64,000 nt of DNA from Spirochaetia bacterium (GTDB lineage Bacteria; Spirochaetota; Spirochaetia; DSM-16054; Sediminispirochaetaceae): assembly GCA_034520965.1 (NCBI GenBank), contig JAXHMY010000001.1, positions 416,001 to 480,000 of the forward strand, in the 5' to 3' direction. The notes under the pieces are model-generated. The model searched no databases and was not told the DNA's origin. It saw only the letters and a list, made by a program, of their open reading frames with translations. A program made the translations under genes and the position numbers. Shown here piece after piece: positions 48,071 to 58,354 of this stretch (positions within the stretch are counted from its first letter, which is position 1; each line of letters starts with the position of its first letter).

Positions 48071-49024
48071 CTAGGAGTAAAACCGAAAATAGTCGGGGCA
48101 CTCACACCTGGCGGTTTCCCAGGCCCCTTGGAAAGCAGCAACTATCGCTTCCGGCAAAGGTCCGGCTTCCGCTCCCTTCATATTATCAGCTAACTGGTCA
48201 ATTGTACTGGCTCCCAGAATCACACCGTCCCCCGCTTCGGCGAACAGCTGCGAATGGTGCAGCATCCACCGCAGGGCTGCATGGGCTATTGATATCTTGT
48301 GTGCAGCGCATTCCTCACCTATCAACTCCAGTGCCTTGAAGGCGCTCTCCTTCCAGAAACGGTCCTGGTAAAAGGGCATCGAAGCAAAGCGGCCGGCTTC
48401 CGGTTTCTTGTTAAAATTGTTGTATTTACCGGTCAATAAACCCCCGGCAAGGGGGTTGTAGGCATAAAACTGCATTCCTAAATCACGGAGTGCGGGAAAC
48501 AGCTCCGGTTCAACCGCTCGAGTAATAGCATTGTACATTCCCTGATAAACCTGCGGCCGGGGCCAGCCGTTCTTTTCGCACAAATAATACACCTTCTCCA
48601 CCAGCCAGGCCGGATAATTACTTAAACCAAGCCGCCGGAACTTTCCTTCCTGATACAATTCCGCACACATACTCAGAGCATCTTCAACCGGGTGGTGCAA
48701 ATCGGGGGCGTGCAGATACAGCAAATCCACGCTTTCTATCTGTAAGCGCTTAAGAGAACTCTCAAAGACCTTACGTACTGAGGGGCCATCCAGCCGGCCG
48801 GTTGTCCGTGGATGAACTTTGGTAGCAATCGATACTCCTGAAACCGTCGACTCTTTCAGCCACTCTCCTATTAATTGCTCAGAGACACCATCGCTATAGA
48901 CAGCTGCGGTGTCCAGACTGGTCCAGCCTGCTGCAGTAAAATGTGTTAGCATTTGGCGGCTTTCCTCCGCATCCGCCCTGGCCCCGAACATCATCGTTCC
49001 GAGAATAAGTTCAACCCTTTCCAT
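48071..49024 (-). CDS. Aldo-keto reductase, AKR7 (aflatoxin aldehyde / succinic semialdehyde reductase)-like
   Basis: LGTMMFG, LDTAAVY, IATK, LYLHAPD, YQGMYNAITRAVEPELFP, YAYNPLAGGLLTGKY. Confidence 0.85.
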   Translation of the reverse strand: MERVELILGTMMFGARADAEESRQMLTHFTAAGWTSLDTAAVYSDGVSEQLIGEWLKESTVSGVSIATKVHPRTTGRLDGPSVRKVFESSLKRLQIESVDLLYLHAPDLHHPVEDALSMCAELYQEGKFRRLGLSNYPAWLVEKVYYLCEKNGWPRPQVYQGMYNAITRAVEPELFPALRDLGMQFYAYNPLAGGLLTGKYNNFNKKPEAGRFASMPFYQDRFWKESAFKALELIGEECAAHKISIAHAALRWMLHHSQLFAEAGDGVILGASTIDQLADNMKGAEAGPLPEAIVAAFQGAWETARCECPDYFRFYS

Positions 49025-49048
49025 ACACTATCCCTCTATATCAATTTA

Positions 49049-49072
49049 TTGTATTCAATATTTTGTATTTAT
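49049..49072. promoter_or_regulatory. Putative GntR operator pair between divergent AKR and epimerase genes
   Basis: TTGTATTCAA and TTGTATTTAT, variants of TTGTATACAA. Confidence 0.5.
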
Positions 49073-49111
49073 GTTATACTTAAACTCATATTATAATTGA
49101 TGGGAGCGAAT

Positions 49112-50041
49112 ATGTACACAGTAATTACCGGTGGATTCGGACATATCGGTTCATGGACAGCGCGTAATATTATCGAGCAGGGTGGGAAGGTGCTGATTTT
49201 AGATACCCGTACTACAGTACCCGATTGTTTGGTTGATTCCCAAGAAAATTTTATTCACCTTGCCTGTGATGTAACCCGATTTGCCGAACTCACAGCTGCA
49301 TTTCAACAGTACCGGGACTCTATTAATGGAATTATTCATACCGTGGGTATCATGGGCGAATTCGTACAGGCGAATCCCCATAGAAACACTGAAATTAATG
49401 TGAACGGATTTCTCAATGTCCTTGAAGCTGCCCGCATTTTCGATATAAAAAAAGTTGCCTATACAAGCACCGGAGCGGTATACGGCGCCATCAAAGGCAT
49501 TGCCTCCGAAACCCAACATATACCCCAACCCGCCGATTTATACAGTGCAACCAAAACCTCGGCGGAGATGATTAGCCTTCAGTACGGAAATACTTTTGAT
49601 ATGGATATAAGAATCGCCCGGGTTTACTTCATCTACGGCCCGGGAAAACTCCCCTCTACCTTCATTAAACTCTATCGTAACACCTTTGGGGTGTTAGAAG
49701 GGCTTGAGGGTTTACAAATGGAGCGAGGATTTGATCAGAAACTCGATTTCACCAATGTACAGGATGCAGCCCGGGGTATTTATCTATTGTACTCCGCGGA
49801 AGAGCTCCAATACCGTGTGTATAATATCGCAACCGGGACGGCATCTTCCGTAGGTGAAGTGGCCGCTCTGGCAGCCGAAATTGCCTCCGGTAATAAGCCG
49901 GCTGAAATAGGCCCTGGAACCCTTATGCCGCGATGTGAAGCACTCTCAATCGACCTTGCCCGTGCGGAGCTGGGATACGAACCGCAGATTTCCCTGGAGG
50001 AGGGGCTGCGAGAATACTATGGATGGATTCAATCTCGTTAG
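49112..50041 (+). CDS. NAD-dependent epimerase/dehydratase (extended SDR)
   Basis: ITGGFGHIG, YTSTGAVYG, YSATK. Confidence 0.88.
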   Translation: MYTVITGGFGHIGSWTARNIIEQGGKVLILDTRTTVPDCLVDSQENFIHLACDVTRFAELTAAFQQYRDSINGIIHTVGIMGEFVQANPHRNTEINVNGFLNVLEAARIFDIKKVAYTSTGAVYGAIKGIASETQHIPQPADLYSATKTSAEMISLQYGNTFDMDIRIARVYFIYGPGKLPSTFIKLYRNTFGVLEGLEGLQMERGFDQKLDFTNVQDAARGIYLLYSAEELQYRVYNIATGTASSVGEVAALAAEIASGNKPAEIGPGTLMPRCEALSIDLARAELGYEPQISLEEGLREYYGWIQSR

Positions 50042-50048
50042 TCTGTGC

Positions 50049-50696
50049 TTAGTCCTCTGAGGTACACTGCTGTTTGAGAACTTCCTTCGATTTCAGGTGG
50101 TGTTGGATAATCATTTCCTGTGCAAGAAAACCGTCGCGGTCCTTGATTGCATTTACAATGGAGTGATGCTCTTCAAGGGTCTCCTCAGGAGCCCGGATTA
50201 AGCCTTTCTGATAGCTGCGGATAATATAGGCATAACTCATGTTCATATCCTGCATAATCCGGTTGGCGGAATATTTGACAATTGTGGAATGGAAGTGCTT
50301 GTCCTCTTGGGCATATCGCTTTTTATCATCTTCAGAAAAAGGAAGCCGGAAGCCCTCAAAAAAACCGGCTAAATGCTGCAGCTCTTCTTCGCACCCGTTT
50401 TCAATGCACAAGCGAATAGCAATCCCTTCCAATCCGGCACGCACTGCATATAGATCCTGCATCTCTTTGCAATCGAAAACTTTTACAAAAAAACCGTAGC
50501 GACTCTGCTGTTCAATAAATTTTTCTCCCACTAAGCGGGATATTGCAGCATTTATGGGTGTTAGGCTTACTCCCAAACGTTCAACTAATTCATTCTTATT
50601 AATTTTTTGCCCTGGCGGTAGATCTCCACCAAGAATCATATCCCGAATTCCTTCGTACACATGATCACTCAGAATAGTATTTTCGATTTTCGGCAT
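50049..50696 (-). CDS. GntR-family regulator (FCD domain)
   Basis: wHTH LGVSLTPI, EEHHSIVNAI. Confidence 0.9.
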   Translation of the reverse strand: MPKIENTILSDHVYEGIRDMILGGDLPPGQKINKNELVERLGVSLTPINAAISRLVGEKFIEQQSRYGFFVKVFDCKEMQDLYAVRAGLEGIAIRLCIENGCEEELQHLAGFFEGFRLPFSEDDKKRYAQEDKHFHSTIVKYSANRIMQDMNMSYAYIIRSYQKGLIRAPEETLEEHHSIVNAIKDRDGFLAQEMIIQHHLKSKEVLKQQCTSED

Positions 50697-50721
50697 TTTA
50701 CTTATTCCCCTTACTCTCTAC

Positions 50722-51360
50722 TTATGCAAATGAATTGGCTATTATTTCCCGTGAGCTGCTAAGGTGACTGTGCATAGCTTTTTCAGCTGTATCACCGTCG
50801 CCGGATTTGATTGCATCAAATAAATGTTCATGCTCATCAATACTCACATGATAATCCTTAGGAAACCCTTCCAGGTTGGCAATAACAATAATATTAAATG
50901 AAGATGCCATCTGGTACAAAAAATGGTTTCCGCTCGTTTTCATTATCTCCATGTGGATTTTATAATCTGCTTCAGTTATATGGCCGATATCGTCCTTTTC
51001 TGAGGCTGCTCGAAACTCCTCAAGGCGACTGCGCAGCTCTTCAATATGTTCTTTTGTGGCATTCTCAGCTGCTTTTCTGGCCCCTAACGGCTCCATGCGG
51101 ACCCGTATATCGTAGATATCCAGCAGTTCTTTCTTCGAAAAATGCCGCACATAGGCCCCTTTACGGGGTAGGATTTCAATCAGCATCTCACGCTCAAGCT
51201 TAGAAAACGCTGTTAATAAGGGCGTTCTTGAAACTCCAAGTTGTTCAGCAAGTTTTTCCTGTTGGAGTTTCTGTCCGCTTTTCAGTTCTCCCCGTAAGAT
51301 CATATCCTTCAGAGCTTTGTACACTTTCAGCGGTAAATCTTCATACTGGAGTTTTTCCAT
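50722..51360 (-). CDS. GntR-family regulator (FCD domain)
   Basis: LAEQLGVSRTPL, DEHEHLFDAI, MHSHL. Confidence 0.9.
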   Translation of the reverse strand: MEKLQYEDLPLKVYKALKDMILRGELKSGQKLQQEKLAEQLGVSRTPLLTAFSKLEREMLIEILPRKGAYVRHFSKKELLDIYDIRVRMEPLGARKAAENATKEHIEELRSRLEEFRAASEKDDIGHITEADYKIHMEIMKTSGNHFLYQMASSFNIIVIANLEGFPKDYHVSIDEHEHLFDAIKSGDGDTAEKAMHSHLSSSREIIANSFA

Positions 51361-51390
51361 GGAACCTACCTGTGGATTAATATTTTGATA

Positions 51391-51400
51391 TTGTATGCAA
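51391..51400. promoter_or_regulatory. Putative GntR operator (autoregulation)
   Basis: TTGTATGCAA 30 nt upstream of the GntR start. Confidence 0.5.
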
Positions 51401-51468
51401 AAATAAGCTGAATGTAAAGGAAAGCGGACCTTTTAAGGGCCTTACATTTCTCTCCGCGTGTCTTTGCT

Positions 51469-52293
51469 TTATTCTTCTATTCTTAGTATTCGCCGGGCAG
51501 TTCTTGTATCTGCGATGGTATAACCCAGCAACTCAATATATTTCCGTACCGGCTTCACCAACTCAGCATTATAGGCGGCCTTCCTTCCGTAAACATCCAC
51601 CGGACTGTCTTCAAATCCTACCCGTATCCAGGCCGCACCTAGCGACAGAGCAGTAGCAATCAGTTTGGGGTTGGTTTTTCCATGCAGCATCAACCCCCAT
51701 ACAGCGTCCTCCGGCATAAGTTGTGTCGCCATAAAGATAAAGCGCGGGTCTAGTGGTATTGCACCGGGAATACCCATACACAAGCCAAAGCGTGGCGGCG
51801 GGGCAAGCAGCCCCTCATCAATGAGCTGTATGGTATTTGTTACCATAGTCAGCGAAAACAGCTCAAGTTCTGGTACAACACTTCTGTTCTTCATTTCACT
51901 GGCCCAATACCGGATATCGCTTGGAGAGTTTATATACACCCCGTCGAAGAAATTAGTGGAACCCATATTCAGTGAGGCCATTTCGATCAGATCGCTTTGC
52001 AGTACTACACAGCGTTCCTTTGCTGTTAACCCCTTCACCCCGCCGGTGGACCCTTGTACCACAACATCACAATTTTTTTGAATTGCTTCGACAGTGGCGT
52101 TGAACACCTCCATATCAGTGGAGGCTTCACCGCGCTCATTCCGCACATGCAGGTGAACCATCGCGGCCCCTTCATTTACACATTGTTCTACCTCATTAGC
52201 TATTTTAGAAGGGGTAAGCAGGGGGACATTCTCCGAGTTTTCCCAGAACCCGACCGGCGCTAATGATATTATTATTGGCCGTTTTACATGCAT
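51469..52293 (-). CDS. BKACE (DUF849, Kce-like) beta-keto acid cleavage enzyme
   Basis: GAAMVHLHVR, GSTGG, ASLNMGSTNF, RVGFED. Confidence 0.85.
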   Translation of the reverse strand: MHVKRPIIISLAPVGFWENSENVPLLTPSKIANEVEQCVNEGAAMVHLHVRNERGEASTDMEVFNATVEAIQKNCDVVVQGSTGGVKGLTAKERCVVLQSDLIEMASLNMGSTNFFDGVYINSPSDIRYWASEMKNRSVVPELELFSLTMVTNTIQLIDEGLLAPPPRFGLCMGIPGAIPLDPRFIFMATQLMPEDAVWGLMLHGKTNPKLIATALSLGAAWIRVGFEDSPVDVYGRKAAYNAELVKPVRKYIELLGYTIADTRTARRILRIEE

Positions 52294-52426
52294 ATGCGCT
52301 CCTCTTACTGGCGGGTTATGTGTTTCTATATGAGCATTAACCTTAAAACCGAAACATAGGGAGCCGGGCTTCTCTCTTCTCACCCAGCTCCTTGTTCAAA
52401 TATTGATTTAATTGTTCATTCAACTT

Positions 52427-52975
52427 TCAGTCGGCAGTGTTATTTTGCTGCTGACTATTACTTATTAGTTGAATTAACTCTCTAAAAATAACTCCCACCG
52501 CCTGTAGTAGCATCAAAACGCCACCGCTAATCAATGACAATCTGGGCCAAAAATTATCGAATGTACCACTCGGACTGATCATACCTTTACCGAAAGCCGC
52601 AAACTGATAACCATACACAATGAGGTAATAAAGAAAGAAAATGATTAAAAGATGAACAACAATAGAAAGTGTATGGCGCGCAGCGGGAAGTTTTAATATA
52701 TCCAGAAGATATGAAACCCGAATATGGCGGTCCGTACGAATACATACACTACTACCCCATAATGTCAGATATGCAAGCAAGAATCCGGCAAACTCCTCTA
52801 TCCAGATTATCGGAAGCTGTACAACGTATCTCATTACCACTTGAACATTAAGCAATACAAACAGTCCTCCAAAAATAATAACTATGGCTATCTGTACCAT
52901 TTTGTCCACTATATCGATTACCTTATCAACAGAGTAAAATGATTTTTTTAGTGCTTCAATATTTTGATTTTTCAT
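52427..52975 (-). CDS. dctQ: TRAP transporter small permease
   Basis: QVVMRYV..WIEE..HIRV; four TMs; ATGA overlap with dctM. Confidence 0.85.
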   Translation of the reverse strand: MKNQNIEALKKSFYSVDKVIDIVDKMVQIAIVIIFGGLFVLLNVQVVMRYVVQLPIIWIEEFAGFLLAYLTLWGSSVCIRTDRHIRVSYLLDILKLPAARHTLSIVVHLLIIFFLYYLIVYGYQFAAFGKGMISPSGTFDNFWPRLSLISGGVLMLLQAVGVIFRELIQLISNSQQQNNTAD

Positions 52976-54268
52976 AATCGCATTCCTAATGTTCTGGGAA
53001 GAAATTCTGATAACTGCGGAACAGCCAGTACGAGTATTGCAATAACTATAAGCCCAAGAATATAAGGCCAACCTCGTTTAGTTATACCTTCTACTTTCAG
53101 ATTACCAATTAGCGCTGTAGTCAAAAGCGTGCCTCCTACAGGAGGGGTTAAATGCCCAATTCCAAGAGCCATAATAATACTCATTCCGGTGTGCACCGAA
53201 CTAAAACCGAAGTGTGTCATAAGGATCGGAGCAATGATGGGAGTAAATAAGAGTACATTCGTTGTTCGGTCCACAAACATCCCTGCGACAATTAGCGTTA
53301 TGAGTATCAATGCCAATAGGACAATCGGATTATCGGAAAATCCTAGAATCTCCGACATTAAACGGGCAGGAATATTTCGGCGCGCTACAATATATGAGAA
53401 AGCCCTGGCTAATCCAGTCAGTATCACAATTGCCGCCGTAGTACGAGCACTCGATAAGAAAACTTCGTAAAGTTCTTTCCATCGCACTGTCTTATAGACA
53501 AAAACAGATATTATCAGAGCATACAACGCTGCTACCGCCGAAGCCTCAGTGGCAGTAAAAAAACCGCCAAGAATACCACCAATGATAATTGCCGGCATTG
53601 CCAGGGGAATTATTGCCTTCTTTAGAGCTGATAACACCGTCTTAAGGCTATCCCGTTTGCGTGATGTATAGCTATACACTTTTTTACAAATTAAGTAGGT
53701 AGTTATCATCTGAGTTATAGCCAACAGCAGACCAATAGTGAGCCCCGCCGCAAACAAACTTCCAATCGAAACCCCAAAGGTAGCTCCGTATACGACCAAC
53801 ACTATACTAGGCGGCAACAGCGGCGAGAGAACTGCAGAGGCAGCCGTAAGCGCTCCTGCAAAATCTTCATCGTATCCCTCTTTTTTCATTGCCGGTATCA
53901 GCACAGAGCCGATTGCAGCAACATCCGCGTGGGCTGAGCCCGATATTCCTGCAAAAAAAAGACTCACAAGCACATTGACCTGAGCAAGACCACCTACAAA
54001 ATGTCCTACTAGGGTTTTAGCTAAATTGATAAGTCTTTCAGTAATCCCTCCTCGAGTCATTAAATTACCGGCCAGCATAAACATAGGCACCGCCAAAAAT
54101 GAAAAACTAGTTAAGCCCCGAAATGTCTGCTGAAACAGTACTATAAGAGCGGTATCTCTTCCTGCCTCAAAGAGAGTGCAGTAACATGGAAACACCAAGC
54201 GCTCCAAAAACAGGAACACTTAGAATAATAAGTAGAACAAGGCCGATCAACATCCATAAAACAACCAC
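52972..54268 (-). CDS. dctM: TRAP transporter large permease (frameshift near 54170)
   Basis: FLAVPMFMLAGNLM, GISGSAHAD, PPSI, TATEAS, TPPVG. Confidence 0.92.
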
Positions 54269-54314
54269 AACAGCTACCTACCCCTTCTTCATATAACTAA
54301 AGTATCTATTATCA

Positions 54315-54343
54315 ATACGGAGGTTGCCCGGCAACCTCCGTAT
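54315..54343. terminator. Perfect hairpin between dctP and dctM (attenuator or mRNA stabiliser)
   Basis: atacggaggttgcc-c-ggcaacctccgtat. Confidence 0.6.
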
Positions 54344-54374
54344 ATTCAAGTCCAAATTGTATAAGCCAGCTCAG

Positions 54375-55475
54375 CTAATCGATATACTTTGATAGTTGGT
54401 CTTTTTCAGACTCAATCTCTGCCATATCAAGATTATCTTTTACCCGATCAACCGCTTCAAAGGTTTTGTCCATATACTCCTGAGGTACGATATCTGAAAG
54501 CAGCTCCGTTCCTACGCGCACGCCAACTTCTCGCCATTCGCCTTTTTCCTGGGAAGTCGGTTCATAGATAACCTTATCAGCATCTTTCATAAGCTGCAGA
54601 GATTCGCCCTCGGAAATCTGAACACCTACACTCTGCACCTTAGCTGCAAGAGCCCCGGCCTCATCGATAACTTCCTGGAATTCAGGTGATAATGATTCAT
54701 AGAAATCATTGTTGATAACATAATAGTGGTGGTCAAACATGTGACCAGTTAAAGTAACATAATCACATATCTCAAGCAATCCAGCTGGCCATGCCGAGGC
54801 CAATCCACCTTCGGTGCCGTCCATCAATCCCGATTGTAATGCAGAATAGCGTTCCGACGCTGAAATAGAGACAATCGCTGGTGCGCCAAGTGCATCCCAC
54901 AAATTTACATACATTGGAATTTGAGGAACCCGCATTTTTATGTTGTACTTCTCAAGATCAGCAGGTACCTTAACGGGACCGCGTACTGTGTACAGATTAC
55001 GAATAGAATTTTCTGCACCTCCTAAAAGGCGGATTTTATTGTTTGAATTTTCTAACCAGTAATTCTGGACATATTTCAAGTATTCAGGATCCTCGAAAAG
55101 CTCCCACCCAATATATCGATTCTCAAAAAGAAACGGCATATTAGTCATTTGAACTTCCGGAACCTCTCCAGAAAGAGAACCAGTAGTAGCATTAAACACC
55201 TCAACTTCTCCAAGTACCAGCTGTTCAATTACATCCCGGTCACCTCCAAGGGCATCCCATGGCAAAACTGTTACTGTAATAACACCATCTGTTTCTCGCT
55301 CAACATGTTCCTTAAATGCCGCAGCAGCAGCTTTGGTATAAGAAAAGTTTTGGTCTACGTACGTAATCTCACGCTTTTCCACTACCTCTTCGGCTGACTC
55401 CTCAGCCGAACCGCCTGCCATTACTAAGCTCGCCGCAATCACCATAAACACCACTAAAAATAAAAAACGTTTCAT
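54375..55475 (-). CDS. dctP: TRAP substrate-binding protein
   Basis: Spirochaete-type signal (MAGGSAE), LGGDRD, KMRVP carboxylate-binding Arg, YSALQSGLMDG. Confidence 0.9.
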   Translation of the reverse strand: MKRFLFLVVFMVIAASLVMAGGSAEESAEEVVEKREITYVDQNFSYTKAAAAAFKEHVERETDGVITVTVLPWDALGGDRDVIEQLVLGEVEVFNATTGSLSGEVPEVQMTNMPFLFENRYIGWELFEDPEYLKYVQNYWLENSNNKIRLLGGAENSIRNLYTVRGPVKVPADLEKYNIKMRVPQIPMYVNLWDALGAPAIVSISASERYSALQSGLMDGTEGGLASAWPAGLLEICDYVTLTGHMFDHHYYVINNDFYESLSPEFQEVIDEAGALAAKVQSVGVQISEGESLQLMKDADKVIYEPTSQEKGEWREVGVRVGTELLSDIVPQEYMDKTFEAVDRVKDNLDMAEIESEKDQLSKYID

Positions 55476-55524
55476 AAACGCCTCCTTTTAATTTCCTTTT
55501 GCATTGAATTTTACATATAATATA

Positions 55525-55534
55525 TTGTATACAA
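55525..55534. promoter_or_regulatory. Putative GntR operator
   Basis: Perfect TTGTATACAA downstream of the dctP promoter (TTGACA 55580-55575, TAAAAT 55558-55553). Confidence 0.6.
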
Positions 55535-55667
55535 AAAGAATTGATAAAATCAATTTTACCACAGAAAACTGGATTGTCAATGCTTGTTAAACAATTATTA
55601 AACAATTTGTCATAACCTTTTTTATGCAACCTTACTTTATTGACAGTTGCTGTATATTGTGTTATAT

Positions 55668-55683
55668 ATTTTGTATACAAAAT
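55668..55683. promoter_or_regulatory. Putative GntR operator
   Basis: 16-bp palindrome ATTTTGTATACAAAAT over the start region of a TTGACA (55640) promoter. Confidence 0.65.
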
Positions 55684-55697
55684 CGAAAGGAAGTCAA

Positions 55698-56550
55698 ATG
55701 ATTGGTGTATCACCGGCATACTTTTTATCCCGCTTTTCGCCGAATTTTACTCCCGCTGAGGTAGAACAGTCATTGGAGGGAATTCGCAAGACCGGCTTCC
55801 TTACCCTCCAGTTGGAGACGTTTCTCTCGGAACAGGTTGAAATATGGGATAAAGCCGCGTGTTCGCGAATCAAGACTGCAGTTCAGAGGGCCAATTTAGA
55901 AATCTCGCAGTTCGTAGCCCATCATTTAATGCACTATTTTAGTTCTATCAGAGACCCTTCGTTCCGATGAGCTTACTTCGGAGTTTAGAAGAGCCCTACA
56001 CATTGCCGAGCAGGTCCACCCCGCCGGTATCATCACGATTCCGCAGCCGCCCTTCGAGCTGCCGCAGAATAAAAAATGGCCGGTGTACTCCGCTCTGTGG
56101 TCAGTTTATCTTAATTCTCTGGACAAACTGCGGAACCTGGCCGCGGAAGTCGGTTTCACCCTTGCCCTTGAGGTTCTCCCGGGCTCCTTGCTCGGCACTA
56201 TCGATGGGTTTCTGCGGATGACCGAGACTCTCGGAGCGCCCTATATCGGACTCAATCTCGATACCGGTCACGCCTGGGCCTGTAAGGAAAAAGTCGAGCT
56301 CATACCGCTCAAGGCTGCCAGATATTTATGCGGAACCCATCTATCCGACAACAGTGGCAATGAAAATCTTTCCCTGCCGCCGGGAGAGGGAACGATTTCC
56401 TGGGACGCTTTTTTTCATGCATGTCGTATGGCCGGTTACCACGGGCCATTTGATGTAGAGATACGTTGTACGCCGGAGGAGGTCGATGAACAGTACTCGG
56501 CGGCGTACCGCTTCCTCAGTCAATATACATTACAGCAACTGGAGGTTTGA
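55698..56550 (+). CDS. Sugar-phosphate isomerase/epimerase (xylose-isomerase-like TIM barrel), frameshifted
   Basis: LALE, LNLDTGH, THLSDN, LPPGEGTISW, DVE metal motifs. Confidence 0.75.
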
Positions 56551-56551
56551 A

Positions 56552-57400
56552 ATGCAACCACACAAGGACACGCAGAAATTCAACGAACGGGTTGAACTTC
56601 TAAAGTCGAAGGCCAAGGAGGTGCGGCACCACATCGTAGATATGGTGTACACCGCTAAATCCGGCCACATTGGCGGTTCAATGTCAGCGGCCGACATAAT
56701 GACGGCGCTTTATTTTGATATACTCAATATCGATCCGAATAAGCCGCGCTGGGCCGATCGTGATCGGATGATACTTTCAAAGGGACATGTATGCCCGGTT
56801 CTCTACACCTGCCTGGCTTTGCGGGGTTATTTTCCGGTGGAAACCCTGAAAACCCTGCGGCAGTTCGGCAGCATCCTGCAGGGCCATCCCATCAGCAAGA
56901 CCCCCGGAGTGGATGTGAGCTCCGGTTCCCTGGGACACGGCTTCGGACAGAGCATCGGCATCGCCCTTGAGGGAAAGTACATGAAGAAAGACTACTCGGT
57001 GTATGTGGTGCTCGGCAACGGGGAAATTCAGGAGGGCCTGATCTGGGAAGCCGCCTCAGCGGCGGACAAATACAAACTGGATAATTTAGTAGCCATAGTT
57101 GATGACAACCGCATGCAGAATGACGGTTTTACCGACGGCATTATGCCCATGGACCCGATCGACAAAAAATTCGAAGCTTTCAACTGGGAAGTTATGAAGA
57201 TTGACGGCCATAATATGGCAGAGGTACTCGCAACCATCGAAAAAGCGAAAGCCTTCAAGGGAAAACCGGTCTGTATCGTCGCCAATACTATTAAGGGCAA
57301 AGGCGTCGGATTGATGGAGAACGAACAGCGCTTTCACGGGAAACCGCCGACGGACGAAGAGTTCCAAATTGCATTGAAAGAGATACGAGGGGAGGTATAA
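56552..57400 (+). CDS. Split transketolase, N-terminal (ThDP-binding) subunit
   Basis: SGHIGGS, DRMILSKGH, LQGHP, GSLGHG, GNGEIQEG..WEA, TIKGKG. Confidence 0.92.
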   Translation: MQPHKDTQKFNERVELLKSKAKEVRHHIVDMVYTAKSGHIGGSMSAADIMTALYFDILNIDPNKPRWADRDRMILSKGHVCPVLYTCLALRGYFPVETLKTLRQFGSILQGHPISKTPGVDVSSGSLGHGFGQSIGIALEGKYMKKDYSVYVVLGNGEIQEGLIWEAASAADKYKLDNLVAIVDDNRMQNDGFTDGIMPMDPIDKKFEAFNWEVMKIDGHNMAEVLATIEKAKAFKGKPVCIVANTIKGKGVGLMENEQRFHGKPPTDEEFQIALKEIRGEV

Positions 57401-57402
57401 TC

Positions 57403-58344
57403 ATGAAATTGAAAGCAGCAAAAGTACCAACACGACGGGCATTCGCAGATAGATTGGTAGAGTACGGCGAAATCGATCCCGAACTGATCGTCTTTGATGC
57501 CGATATCGGTTACTCCACATATACACACCTATTCGGTGACAAGTATCCGGAGCGATACTTTAACATGGGAATCCAGGAATTGAATGCGGTAGATACCGCC
57601 GCCGGCATGGCCGCTGAAGGCCGTACCGTCCTGATGGCCAGTTACGGGGTGTTCCTGACAATGCGGGCGGTTGAAGCAATTCGCTCGTTTGTCTGTTATC
57701 AAAACCTGAATGTGAAGTTCCTCTCCTCCCACGGCGGCCTCACGCCGGGTATTGATGGAGTAACCCACCAGGCAACCGAGGATATGGCAGCCATGACCAC
57801 CATCCCCAACATGAAAGTACTGGCCCCGGCAGACACTGAGTCGGCCCGCAGGAGTGTCGACGTATCCATGCAGACCCCGGGCCCCTGCTTCGTACGCCTG
57901 ATGCGGGACCCGCTGTTCGACATCTACGGCCCGGATGAACAGTTTCAAATGGGCGGCAGTAAAGTGGTACGGGAAGGCCAAGATATTACCATCGCCACCT
58001 ACGGAGATATGCTCTTTCAGGCCTTAGAGGCCGCTGAAACCCTGGCTGCCACCGGAATAGAGGCAGAAGTGCTGGATTTGTACTCAATGAAGCCGGTAGA
58101 CTACGCTGCAGTAAGAAAATCCGTTAAAAAGACCGGCCGGCTGCTGGTGCCGGAGGACCATCAGAAACGCAACGGCCTCGGCTACGAGCTGGCGGCCTAC
58201 TGCCTGCGCGAATATCCAGTTCCCTTCGACCATATGGGCTTGGAAGACACCTTTGCCGAGAGCGGAGACTACTATAAAATTTTGGACAAATACGGACTTT
58301 CAGCTGCCCACATAGTTGAGCGGGCACAAAATTTAATTAAATAA
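57403..58344 (+). CDS. Split transketolase, C-terminal subunit
   Basis: YPERYFNMGI, DGVTHQATED, EDH..GLG. Confidence 0.92.
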   Translation: MKLKAAKVPTRRAFADRLVEYGEIDPELIVFDADIGYSTYTHLFGDKYPERYFNMGIQELNAVDTAAGMAAEGRTVLMASYGVFLTMRAVEAIRSFVCYQNLNVKFLSSHGGLTPGIDGVTHQATEDMAAMTTIPNMKVLAPADTESARRSVDVSMQTPGPCFVRLMRDPLFDIYGPDEQFQMGGSKVVREGQDITIATYGDMLFQALEAAETLAATGIEAEVLDLYSMKPVDYAAVRKSVKKTGRLLVPEDHQKRNGLGYELAAYCLREYPVPFDHMGLEDTFAESGDYYKILDKYGLSAAHIVERAQNLIK

Positions 58345-58354
58345 GGAGAAGATT

